Shown here: positions 50,341 to 59,081 of the stretch, one piece after another
Layout of the letters: every line of letters starts with the position of its first letter
Numbering within the stretch: position 1 is the stretch's first letter
DNA from: an uncultured Mycoplasmatota bacterium
Lineage (GTDB): Bacteria > Bacillota_I > Bacilli_A > RF39 > UBA660
Length of the DNA: 64,000 nucleotides
Reading direction: 5' to 3'
NCBI GenBank assembly: GCA_946629885.1
Contig: CAMOYI010000014.1
Coordinates: 2,013-66,012, forward strand
The notes under the pieces: generated by a model
What the model was told of the DNA's origin: nothing
The model's database searches: none
What the model saw: the letters and a program-made list of their open reading frames with translations, nothing else
Translations under genes and position numbers: made by a program

Positions 50341-50894
50341 TTTAATATACCATTATACTTATTAATAAGTTCATCTTGCGATAGTTTTTTAAAGTCAAAA
50401 ATTATGGGGTGACACTTCTTAATTACTTGCATTAGCACATTAAACTCATCACTACTAAATTTAGATAATACAAAATCTTTTTTATCATGTAACTTATCGT
50501 TAAGTATTCCAATCTTTAGTTGCATAAATCTTTGAGAGTTAAGTTCATTTATTATCGACTTAACTCCATTGTCACCGCCACTGGAACTATCAAATTTCAA
50601 CCTAGCTTTACCTATTTGTATATCCAAATCATCTCTTACAATCAGTATGTTTTCAATTTCAATTTTAAAGTAGTCGACAAATTTTTTCACTACTGTTCCT
50701 GATAAGTTCATATAGCTTTGCGGTTTTAAAAATATTGTTTTTTCACCATCTATTGTCGTTATATAATATAACCCATTAAATTTTGATTCAAAACTTACAT
50801 TTTCCAAATATGAATCAATGAACATAAATCCAATATTATGGCGGGTTTTATCATATTCTTTGCCTGGGTTTCCTAAACCGACTATTAGCTTCAT
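50337..50894 (-). CDS. pth: Peptidyl-tRNA hydrolase
   Basis: MKLIVGLGNPGKEYDKTRHNIGF. Confidence 0.95.
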   Translation of the reverse strand: MKLIVGLGNPGKEYDKTRHNIGFMFIDSYLENVSFESKFNGLYYITTIDGEKTIFLKPQSYMNLSGTVVKKFVDYFKIEIENILIVRDDLDIQIGKARLKFDSSSGGDNGVKSIINELNSQRFMQLKIGILNDKLHDKKDFVLSKFSSDEFNVLMQVIKKCHPIIFDFKKLSQDELINKYNGILK

Positions 50895-50895
50895 T

Positions 50896-51588
50896 TTATA
50901 CCTCCTTAAATATTTCTTTATATGTTGTCCTATTTCTCACGTCTATAACAAATATCTTAGGATCATCTTTTCTATTTAACTGTCCCTCAATCAAAAAAAA
51001 CTCCGATTTATTGCTCTTCGATGTAATTATAAAACATATTTTTCGTACGCCAATATTATTATAACTAAATTCTCTTAATACATCCAGTAATCTTGATGTT
51101 CTATGCACTAAATATATTTTCCCATTTTTTTTTAAGTTCTTATTAGCAGTTAATACAATATCATGTAAGTTGATCAATATTTCATGTCTTGCATATCTCT
51201 TTATAATGTTATCATTAATCATACTTTTATCTGAGTATTTAAAATATGGTGGATTGCACGTAACAATATCATATTTATTATCTGATAAAAAATATTTAGC
51301 ATCTTGATTATAAACAGAAATGCTTTTAAAGCCACTTTCTTTAATACTTTTATTTGCAAGGTCATATATTTCCTTTTGTATTTCAACTGCATCAATTTCA
51401 ATTTTCTTATTTTTTGTAGAAATAATCAACGGTATCGGTGCATTACCGGTGCATAGATCTAGAAGCCTATTTGCTCCCCTAGTATCGACAAATTCTGCAA
51501 GTAGTATAGAATCTAAACTAAATTTAAAGTACTCATCATTTTGATAAATACTCAATCCATAATCATATAAATCATTTTTTAGAATCAT
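50896..51588 (-). CDS. SAM-dependent methyltransferase, NPPY family (YabB/tRNA1(Val) m6A37-like)
   Basis: DLCTGNAPIPL (motif I) and NPPYF (motif IV). Confidence 0.7.
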   Translation of the reverse strand: MILKNDLYDYGLSIYQNDEYFKFSLDSILLAEFVDTRGANRLLDLCTGNAPIPLIISTKNKKIEIDAVEIQKEIYDLANKSIKESGFKSISVYNQDAKYFLSDNKYDIVTCNPPYFKYSDKSMINDNIIKRYARHEILINLHDIVLTANKNLKKNGKIYLVHRTSRLLDVLREFSYNNIGVRKICFIITSKSNKSEFFLIEGQLNRKDDPKIFVIDVRNRTTYKEIFKEV

Positions 51589-52351
51589 CTAATTTCACTT
51601 CTTCTATTATGCTTTCTGATACTTTAACTTTATATTTCTTGTTAAGTATATCTACATCAATTACCTCACAATATTTGCCTTTATAATTAACCTTTTCTCC
51701 AATTTTAGGTAATATTTTACGGTTTTCTTCGTAAATATCATTTTCAAAATTGAAACAACACAATAATCTTCCACATGCACCATTTATCTTATTTGGATTT
51801 AATGCAATATTTTGACATTTTACCATGCTTATATTTACAGTAGAAAGATTTTTTAGTACTTTTGAACAGCAAAGTGGTCTACCACACAAACCTAATCCGC
51901 CTATCTCTTTTGCTTTATCTCGTATGCCTATTTGGTGTAATTCAATTCTCGTGTGATATTTAGATGCCATATGTTTAACTAAATCTCTAAAATCAACCCG
52001 TTCATCAGAAATAAAATTAAATAATAGTATGCTTCTATCTAAAGAGTAACTTGAGTCAATTATAGTCATATTGAGATTCATTTTATTTGCTTCTTCGCGA
52101 ATACTTTCAAGTGCCTTTTTAGCTGCCGTGACATTTTTTAAATAATTTGTGTAATCTTGCTCATCTGCAATTCTTAAAACTTTTTTCAATTTCTTGGTAT
52201 TGCTAACTTTACAATTAGTGGTACTGACCATACCCAATTGAATGCCGCGTTCCGTTTCTACAACTACTTTGTCTCCAACGTTTAGTTCATAATCTGATTC
52301 AAAATTATATATATTTCCATCTTCTTTAAATTTTACTCCAGTAATAGCCAT
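51572..52351 (-). CDS. ricT: RicT/YaaT (PSP1 C-terminal domain) regulatory protein
   Basis: PSP1-like N-terminus, cysteine cluster CGRPLCC...CGRLLCC, and position next to holB. Confidence 0.8.
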   Translation of the reverse strand: MAITGVKFKEDGNIYNFESDYELNVGDKVVVETERGIQLGMVSTTNCKVSNTKKLKKVLRIADEQDYTNYLKNVTAAKKALESIREEANKMNLNMTIIDSSYSLDRSILLFNFISDERVDFRDLVKHMASKYHTRIELHQIGIRDKAKEIGGLGLCGRPLCCSKVLKNLSTVNISMVKCQNIALNPNKINGACGRLLCCFNFENDIYEENRKILPKIGEKVNYKGKYCEVIDVDILNKKYKVKVSESIIEEVKLDDSKK

Positions 52352-53193
52352 TATTTAATTTCCTCCAAATCGATAAAGATTTTTTCTAACAATAAATCTC
52401 CGTTTGCATTAACATTTAACTTATTAGTAAGCATATTTAAGTATTTAGATTTTCTGACAAGTTCTTTATATGAGTTTTTTTCTATAATGATATGTAGTGT
52501 TTTTTCTTCCAGATTATCGAGGCTTTCTACCCCACAAGCAGAGCTATAATATTTTCTAATCAATTCGATTATTTCTTTTGATTTTGTTGAAACCTCTGAG
52601 TTGTTTAAAAGATACAGATTATAGTCACCTAGAGTTCCGTTTTCTATTATGTTTATCAAGCTACAGGCATAATTCATTAATTCAGTGTCTATAACATTGA
52701 CATCAACTTTTTTTTCATAATAAGCTGATATTTTTTCACATCTACTTTTAATAGTTGGAAGTATTTGAGAAGGATTATCCGTAATTAAAAAGCCCACTAC
52801 GTCTTCATAAGGTTCTTCTATAGTTTTAAGTAATTTATTTGACGCTATTTCATTTAAGCAATTTGCCGGTGTTATTATGTAAAATAGTCTGTTTGAAAGT
52901 GTTGGTCTGAGTTTAAGCCTTTCTTGTAGTGCAAAAATTTTGTCTCTTTTTATAAATCTACCGTCTGGACGAATAACAATTAAATCGATATATTCGTCAG
53001 CTCGAATCTGTTTTAATTTGTTTTCATCGTTTGGTAAGTATGAAGAAATTAGGTTTTTAATCTCTTCTTCACATAAAGACAAGTCGTTTGTTTCAATTAA
53101 AAAAACATGGGAATTAACATTCTCATCAAATTCTTTTTTAATAAGTTTTAGTTCATTTTTTACATCCATAAAATTCCCATTAAATAAATACAC
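52351..53193 (-). CDS. holB: DNA polymerase III delta' subunit
   Basis: HVFLIETND clamp-loader N-terminus with a degenerate P-loop, and synteny with ricT. Confidence 0.75.
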   Translation of the reverse strand: MYLFNGNFMDVKNELKLIKKEFDENVNSHVFLIETNDLSLCEEEIKNLISSYLPNDENKLKQIRADEYIDLIVIRPDGRFIKRDKIFALQERLKLRPTLSNRLFYIITPANCLNEIASNKLLKTIEEPYEDVVGFLITDNPSQILPTIKSRCEKISAYYEKKVDVNVIDTELMNYACSLINIIENGTLGDYNLYLLNNSEVSTKSKEIIELIRKYYSSACGVESLDNLEEKTLHIIIEKNSYKELVRKSKYLNMLTNKLNVNANGDLLLEKIFIDLEEIK

Positions 53194-53362
53194 TTATGCC
53201 AACTATGACTAATAATCCAGGAAAACCAAGGGTTGCAACTGTAATAATTGTAACGATATTTAAGGGTATAAACATCATTATTGGATTCATCAGCATATTG
53301 AACCCGTATATAATACTAAGTGCAAATATTACTTTCTTTACTATATTTAAAATTTTTTTCAT
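53180..53362 (-). CDS. bofA: Pro-sigmaK processing inhibitor BofA
   Basis: 60-aa membrane protein. PLNIVTIITVATLGFPGLLVIVGISVFI aligns with B. subtilis BofA PINLVTTAISGILGIPGIAALVVIKQFI. Position directly downstream of recR, as in Bacillus. Confidence 0.65.
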   Translation of the reverse strand: MKKILNIVKKVIFALSIIYGFNMLMNPIMMFIPLNIVTIITVATLGFPGLLVIVGISVFI

Positions 53363-53397
53363 GTGTAATCATTTAATCATATGATCATTATGTTTTT

Positions 53398-54000
53398 TTA
53401 TGACACTTCTTTCCTATCAAATAGTGCTCTTTCAAGAGTTAGAACATCCAAGTAGTCAATTTCGGCTCCCATAGGTATGCCATATGACAATCTGGTGATT
53501 TTTGTGTTGGTATTTTCCAATATTTTTTTTATATAAAGAGTAGTTGTATCACCTTCTACTGTTGGTTTTAGGGCAATTATCAACTCAGTATCCTTATTTT
53601 CTTTACATCTTTTAACTAGTGATGCTATATTTATGTCGTCAGGATTGATACCGTCAATTGGTGAAATTAATCCACCCAATACATGGTAAACACCATCAAA
53701 ATTTCCCATTTTTTCAAACATAAAAACACTTTTATAATCTTCAACTACACAGATCAAATTTTTCTTTTTATCTGGATCGCTGCAAATTTTACACACATCT
53801 GAATCAGTAAGATGGCCACATATTGAACACTTCCGAAGTGTTTTTTTAATACTTGAAATTGACGACGAAAAATCTTCAAGTTCATCTTCGTTTAGATTTA
53901 TAAGCGATAATGCGTATCTCTCTGCTGTTCTTTCACCAATTCCAGGAAGTTTTTTAAAGTATTCAATAATGACTGATAATAATTCTGGATAAATATTCAT
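53398..54000 (-). CDS. recR: Recombination protein RecR
   Basis: C4 zinc finger CSICGHLTDSDVCKIC and a Toprim region. Confidence 0.95.
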   Translation of the reverse strand: MNIYPELLSVIIEYFKKLPGIGERTAERYALSLINLNEDELEDFSSSISSIKKTLRKCSICGHLTDSDVCKICSDPDKKKNLICVVEDYKSVFMFEKMGNFDGVYHVLGGLISPIDGINPDDINIASLVKRCKENKDTELIIALKPTVEGDTTTLYIKKILENTNTKITRLSYGIPMGAEIDYLDVLTLERALFDRKEVS

Positions 54001-54296
54001 TAAAGCAAACCACCAAGCTGCTTACTATAACTACCTAGCTTGTTTTCAACATCTTTTTCTATTTTGCTGAGTGCGTCATTAAATGCGATTGTCATCATAT
54101 CAGATAGCATTTCTCTGTCACCATCAATATTGCCTTGATATACTATTTCTATTTTCTTTACTTCCTTTTTACCACTCAACGTTACTTTAACCCACTCTGA
54201 GCATCCTTCATAAGTGCTATTGTAAATTTCTTCTTGTTTTTTAGTAATTTCTCTTTGCATCTTTTGTGCTTGAGCCATTAAATTTTGCATATTCAT
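54000..54296 (-). CDS. ybaB: Nucleoid-associated protein YbaB/EbfC
   Basis: MNMQNLMAQAQKMQREITKKQEEI, 98 aa, between dnaX and recR. Confidence 0.9.
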   Translation of the reverse strand: MNMQNLMAQAQKMQREITKKQEEIYNSTYEGCSEWVKVTLSGKKEVKKIEIVYQGNIDGDREMLSDMMTIAFNDALSKIEKDVENKLGSYSKQLGGLL

Positions 54297-54308
54297 AATT
54301 ATTCTCCT

Positions 54309-55820
54309 TTATGACACTTCGACGATTTCATCATCGAATATTTGTTTTATAGTTTCGTCTTCTTCTTTTGGTTTGATCACCGGTTCATCTACATAATTAT
54401 ATTTTACTCCGCGCTTTATATTTTCCTTATATTTATTTTTTTCTTGCATCCATCTTTCTTCAACAACCGAAATTACTTTAATTGCCATATTTGATTTTTG
54501 AAAAAAATTTTCAATTTGTTCTTTTTTTATATTAAACAAATCTACAAGGGATTCATCTTCTGAGACAAATATTGCATACTTCCCAGATGAAGCTACAGGT
54601 TTATATTCATTAATATCTATATCAATTTTTGTCTTTTTATCGAAGTTGTTCCAAAAATCCAACAACTGTTTAAGTGCTTGCTTGTTTGCTTCCACAAAGC
54701 AATTGTTAATTCTTATGTCGATAATGTCCATTTGCTTAGGCTGATTAGTTACAGTTGTCCTAACATTTTCATGTTTTATCTCATCTTCAATTGAATCTAA
54801 AAATGCAATCTTTAGCATTGTATATGTATTATCATTAATTCTAGATTCTGTATACAATTCATTAAGAGAAAAAATCAGTTTTTTTAACATTTGATATGAG
54901 TATTTTTTTTGGTTTTTCAACTTTATATTAATGCATTCTTTTTCTATGTGAACTATTAGTCTTCGTATTAATCTTTGAACATTATAACCATTTGTCATCA
55001 ATTGATCAATCGTTTCTATTATAGTCTTAACATTCCCATTTTTGGTAGCTGATAGAAGTTCATCAATTGTCTTTGTTGAAATCAGTTCATACCGTTCTAA
55101 TACTGTATCCATATTAATTTCACTACTTGATTTTAACAACTGATCTAATATACTTAGTGCGTCTCTAAGACAGCCTTCACTTAAGTTATATATTTCGTCC
55201 AATGCTTCTTCTGTACAGTTGATTTTCTCTTTTTGACATATTATTTTTAAATAATTTGTCATGTCATTTTCGGATATTTTTTTAAAATCTAATCGTTGAC
55301 AACGTGACAGAATCGTTATTGGAATTTTATATACCTCTGTAGTTGCGAGTATAAAAACAACATGACTCGGCGGTTCCTCTAACGTCTTTAATAGAGCATT
55401 AAACGCGCCTGCTGAAAGCATGTGTACCTCGTCGATGATATATACTTTATATTTAGACGAGCTAGGAGCAAGTGCAATGTTTGTTCTTAATTCTCTAATT
55501 TCGTCCACACCGTTATTTGATGCCGCGTCAATTTCAATAATATCAGGGCTGGTCTTGAAATTAATGCAACTCTGACATTTTCCACACGGCTCACCATCAA
55601 TTGGTGATTCACAATTAATTGCCTTTGCCATTATTTTAGCAGTTGACGTTTTACCTGTGCCTCTTGGTCCTGTAAATACGTAAGCATGTGCAAAAGTACT
55701 ATTTTTAACACTTTGTTTTAAGGCTGTAACAATGGTGTTTTGACCTATTACTTCGCCAAATATTTGTGGTCTATACTTTCTGTAGAGCACTCTATACGAT
55801 GTTTCCGCCACAATGACCAT
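54309..55820 (-). CDS. dnaX: DNA polymerase III subunit gamma/tau
   Basis: YRKYRPQIFGEVIGQ, GPRGTGKTS, and zinc module CGKCQSC. Confidence 0.95.
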   Translation of the reverse strand: MVIVAETSYRVLYRKYRPQIFGEVIGQNTIVTALKQSVKNSTFAHAYVFTGPRGTGKTSTAKIMAKAINCESPIDGEPCGKCQSCINFKTSPDIIEIDAASNNGVDEIRELRTNIALAPSSSKYKVYIIDEVHMLSAGAFNALLKTLEEPPSHVVFILATTEVYKIPITILSRCQRLDFKKISENDMTNYLKIICQKEKINCTEEALDEIYNLSEGCLRDALSILDQLLKSSSEINMDTVLERYELISTKTIDELLSATKNGNVKTIIETIDQLMTNGYNVQRLIRRLIVHIEKECINIKLKNQKKYSYQMLKKLIFSLNELYTESRINDNTYTMLKIAFLDSIEDEIKHENVRTTVTNQPKQMDIIDIRINNCFVEANKQALKQLLDFWNNFDKKTKIDIDINEYKPVASSGKYAIFVSEDESLVDLFNIKKEQIENFFQKSNMAIKVISVVEERWMQEKNKYKENIKRGVKYNYVDEPVIKPKEEDETIKQIFDDEIVEVS

Positions 55821-55858
55821 CTCCCTATAAAAATTATATCAAAATAAGTAGTTAAAAG

Positions 55859-56278
55859 CTAGCGTTTGTCTTTAAAAAATGAAGTAATTTTATTCTCGTA
55901 TTCGACTTTTTCAGGTCCGTCATAAATGTAATTTTCAAAATCCGTTCCTTTATACGCTTTTTTGGTTTTCAATCTCGGTATTATGTAAAAGACATTATCC
56001 AATCTACTTTCTAGTATTACTTGTTCGCACATGTGACATGGTTCTAAAGTGACTATCATATTATACCCCTGTAAATTCCAGTTTTTTATTTTTTTATTTG
56101 CTTTCTTTATTGCAGTTATTTCGGCGTGATCCGTAGTTATATTTGATTTATTTCTTTTGTTATATCCATAAGATATTATTTTATCATCTTTAAAAACTAT
56201 CGCACTAACAGGGAAATCGCAGGTTTTATCAGATTTTAAAGCATAGTTAAATAGTTTTTTTATTATTTTTTCATTCAT
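55859..56278 (-). CDS. tadA: tRNA-specific adenosine deaminase
   Basis: HAEITAI and PCHMC zinc motifs. Confidence 0.9.
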   Translation of the reverse strand: MNEKIIKKLFNYALKSDKTCDFPVSAIVFKDDKIISYGYNKRNKSNITTDHAEITAIKKANKKIKNWNLQGYNMIVTLEPCHMCEQVILESRLDNVFYIIPRLKTKKAYKGTDFENYIYDGPEKVEYENKITSFFKDKR

Positions 56279-56284
56279 ATTTTC

Positions 56285-56385
56285 TCCAAAAAAAAGAACA
56301 CGCAGAATCCGTTCTTATGGCTGCTGCCTTCCGACTCTGACCAGTTTCAAACATTTTCTGCTGTTCATAAAGATTATACATCAAT
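56285..56385 (-). ncRNA. ffs: Small (4.5S-type) signal recognition particle RNA
   Basis: Minus-strand RNA ...GGUCAGAGUCGGAAGGCAGCAGCCAUAAG... matches the SRP domain IV consensus GGUCAGGUCCGGAAGGAAGCAGCC. The 5' and 3' ends pair (GAACAGCAGAA/UUCUGCGUGUUC), followed by a U8 run. Confidence 0.65.
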
Positions 56386-56401
56386 ACTATATTAATTACA
56401 A
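56373..56401 (-). promoter_or_regulatory. Sigma-A-type promoter of ffs
   Basis: Minus strand reads TTGTAA, 17 nt spacer, TGTATAAT (extended -10), about 7 nt upstream of the SRP RNA 5' end. Confidence 0.5.
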
Positions 56402-56407
56402 GTGTTA

Positions 56408-56425
56408 ATGTTCCACGTGGAACAT
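56408..56425. repeat. 18-bp perfect palindrome ATGTTCCACGTGGAACAT, copy 1
   Basis: Read directly from the sequence; abuts the ffs -35 element. Confidence 0.9.
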
Positions 56426-56442
56426 TTTTCGATTGACTTTTT

Positions 56443-56460
56443 ATGTTCCACGTGGAACAT
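56443..56460. repeat. 18-bp perfect palindrome ATGTTCCACGTGGAACAT, copy 2
   Basis: Identical to copy 1, 17 bp away. A TTGACT hexamer lies between the two copies. Confidence 0.9.
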
Positions 56461-56484
56461 AAATTATTTCCCGGGAAATAATTT
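56461..56484. repeat. 24-bp perfect palindrome AAATTATTTCCCGGGAAATAATTT immediately after the gyrA stop (candidate terminator hairpin); the 23-nt core is duplicated in mfd
   Basis: Read directly from the sequence. Confidence 0.9.
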
Positions 56485-56498
56485 AAAAAGAAGAAAAA

Positions 56499-59066
56499 TT
56501 AATTTTCTTCTCTTGTTTGTTCGTCTTCAACGTCTGTATCTTCTTCATTTTCTCTATTTACAATACTAATAGATTTAACGGTTTGATTGTCTTTTAGATT
56601 AATTAATCTGACTCCTTGAGCAATTCGACTAAGCTGAGATATGCTTGTGGTTTCAATTCTGATGACAATGCCGGCATCAGTTATAATAATCAAATCATTG
56701 TCGTCGTTTACAATATTGAATGAAGTAATGCCACCGTTCTTTTCAGTAATATTTAAGGCCTTAACTCCCTTGCTTCCACGCTTAGTTTCTCTGAATTCGC
56801 GTACAAAAGTCCTTTTTCCATATCCTTTTTCAGTTACGATAAGAAGATTTGCATCAATATCGCATGCTTCAGCACAAATGCATTCGCCATCAGGCATAGA
56901 TATGCCTCTTACGCCAGAGGCCGTTCTACCCATAACCCTTATTTCGCTTTCATCAAATAAAACCATGTGTCCATTTGTGCTACCCATCATTATCTTATTA
57001 TTGCCAGTCGTCTTTTTGACAGAAATTAATTCGTCGTTTCCTTTAAGTGAAATACACAATTTACCTGTTTTTCTAATATTTTCAAACTCACTAATGGCAG
57101 TTCTCTTTACAATTCCTTTCTTAGTTGCAAAGAACAAATACTTAGCAACTTCTTCAGAATTTTCAATTTTTATAACTGATGTGACAAATTCATCTTTTTC
57201 AACCTGTAATAAATTGATAATCGGAAGTCCCTTGGCTTGTCTAGAAAATTCAGGAACCTCATAACCTTTAATTCTATATACTTTACCCTTATTGGTAAAG
57301 AATAGAACATAATCATGAGTGGATACGTTAACCATTATTTTTACATTATCCTCTTCATTAGTTGTCATTCCTTTAATGCCAACGCCACCTCTATTTTGAG
57401 TCTTATATGTGCTAGCTGCTAGTCTCTTAACATATCCTTTGTCAGTAATTGTAATTATGCTGTTTTCTTCTGGAATTAATGATTCGTCTTCGATGAAATC
57501 TATAGCGGTCATATCAATTTTTGTTCTTCTATCATCGCCATATTTATTTTTAATTTCGATTAATTCATCTTTAATTATAGCAAGAACTTTTTCATTACTT
57601 GCTAAGATAGACTTCAATTCCTCGATTAATGCAAGTTTTTCTTTTAATTCAGCTTCGATTTTGTCTCGCTCTAGTCCCGTTAACCTTCTTAACTTTAATT
57701 CTAGAATTGCATCTGCTTGAATTTCAGTGAATCCAAACTTTTTTATCAATTCATCTTTTGCGACTTGATCGCTTACAGCTTCTTTTATAATTTTTATAAC
57801 TTCATCGATATTATTTAACGCAATCGAATAGCCCTCCAATATGTGAACCCTATCCTCAGCTTTTTTCAAATCAAATTTTGTTCTTCTAATAATTACTGTT
57901 TTTTGATGATCAATATATTTAGAGATAATATCCCTCAATCCAAGTATTTTAGGTGTCTTATCGTCAATCATTAGGAATATAATTCCATAACTTATCTGAA
58001 AGTTAGTCAATTTATATAACTTATTTAGTATAACTTGTGGATTTGCTTCCTTTTTAAGAGTAATTGTTATTTTGATTCCATTTTTTAGATCAGTATGATA
58101 ATCAGAAATGCCATCTATTATCTTATTGTGGACTAATTCAGCTACCTTATTTTTTAGTTCTGCTGTATTAACACCGTATGGAACTTCTGTAATTACAATC
58201 TGTGTATGATTTTTAGTTTCTTCAATTGTGGCTTTAGACCTAATTGTAATTGTACCTCTACCGGTTTCGTAGGCTTTTTTAATTCCACTATTGCCAAGAA
58301 TTATTCCACCAGTTGGGAAATCTGGTCCCTTAATATATTGCATTAAACCTAACGTATCTATATCTGGATTATCTATATATGCGATGCAACCATCAATAAC
58401 TTCAGTTAAGTTATGAGGCGGAATGTTCGTTGCCATACCGACTGCAATACCCATGGTACCATTTACCAAAATATTAGGAAATTTTGAAGGCAAAACAGTT
58501 GGTTCCTTAAACATCTCATCAAAGTTTGGTGCCATATCTACTGTATCTTTACCAATATCTCGCAATAATTCGAGAGATATTTTTGATAGTCTTGATTCAG
58601 TATAACGGTATGCTGCTGCTCCATCTCCTTCGATGTTTCCGAAATTTCCGTGCCCATCGATTAACATATATCTTTCATTAAAGTCTTGGGCTAATCTAAC
58701 CATTGCTTCATATATAGATGAATCACCATGTGGATGATACCTACCCATTACGTTACCAACAGTAGTTGCACATTTTCTGTGTGGTTTGTCTGGTGTATAT
58801 CCGTTTTCATACATCGACCATAATATTCGACGATGTACGGGTTTTAATCCATCTCTTAAATCAGGTATAGCTCTAGCAACAATTACGCTAGCAGCATAAT
58901 CTCTAAATGAATCCTTAACTTCTGATACAATATTATTTTCGATGAAACTATCCCTTTCATGAAATTCGCCAGAAAATTCAGTAACAATTTCTTTTTCATC
59001 TACTGTTTCATTTTTTTCAACAGTTTCATCTTCAATTTGAAAATCATTTTCATTTTCATTTTCCAT
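56499..59066 (-). CDS. gyrA: DNA gyrase subunit A
   Basis: AAMRYTE-type active-site region (AAYRYTESRLS), QRDR, and beta-pinwheel C-terminal domain. Confidence 0.97.
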   Translation of the reverse strand: MENENENDFQIEDETVEKNETVDEKEIVTEFSGEFHERDSFIENNIVSEVKDSFRDYAASVIVARAIPDLRDGLKPVHRRILWSMYENGYTPDKPHRKCATTVGNVMGRYHPHGDSSIYEAMVRLAQDFNERYMLIDGHGNFGNIEGDGAAAYRYTESRLSKISLELLRDIGKDTVDMAPNFDEMFKEPTVLPSKFPNILVNGTMGIAVGMATNIPPHNLTEVIDGCIAYIDNPDIDTLGLMQYIKGPDFPTGGIILGNSGIKKAYETGRGTITIRSKATIEETKNHTQIVITEVPYGVNTAELKNKVAELVHNKIIDGISDYHTDLKNGIKITITLKKEANPQVILNKLYKLTNFQISYGIIFLMIDDKTPKILGLRDIISKYIDHQKTVIIRRTKFDLKKAEDRVHILEGYSIALNNIDEVIKIIKEAVSDQVAKDELIKKFGFTEIQADAILELKLRRLTGLERDKIEAELKEKLALIEELKSILASNEKVLAIIKDELIEIKNKYGDDRRTKIDMTAIDFIEDESLIPEENSIITITDKGYVKRLAASTYKTQNRGGVGIKGMTTNEEDNVKIMVNVSTHDYVLFFTNKGKVYRIKGYEVPEFSRQAKGLPIINLLQVEKDEFVTSVIKIENSEEVAKYLFFATKKGIVKRTAISEFENIRKTGKLCISLKGNDELISVKKTTGNNKIMMGSTNGHMVLFDESEIRVMGRTASGVRGISMPDGECICAEACDIDANLLIVTEKGYGKRTFVREFRETKRGSKGVKALNITEKNGGITSFNIVNDDNDLIIITDAGIVIRIETTSISQLSRIAQGVRLINLKDNQTVKSISIVNRENEEDTDVEDEQTREEN

Positions 59067-59081
59067 GTTTCATTCCCCCTT

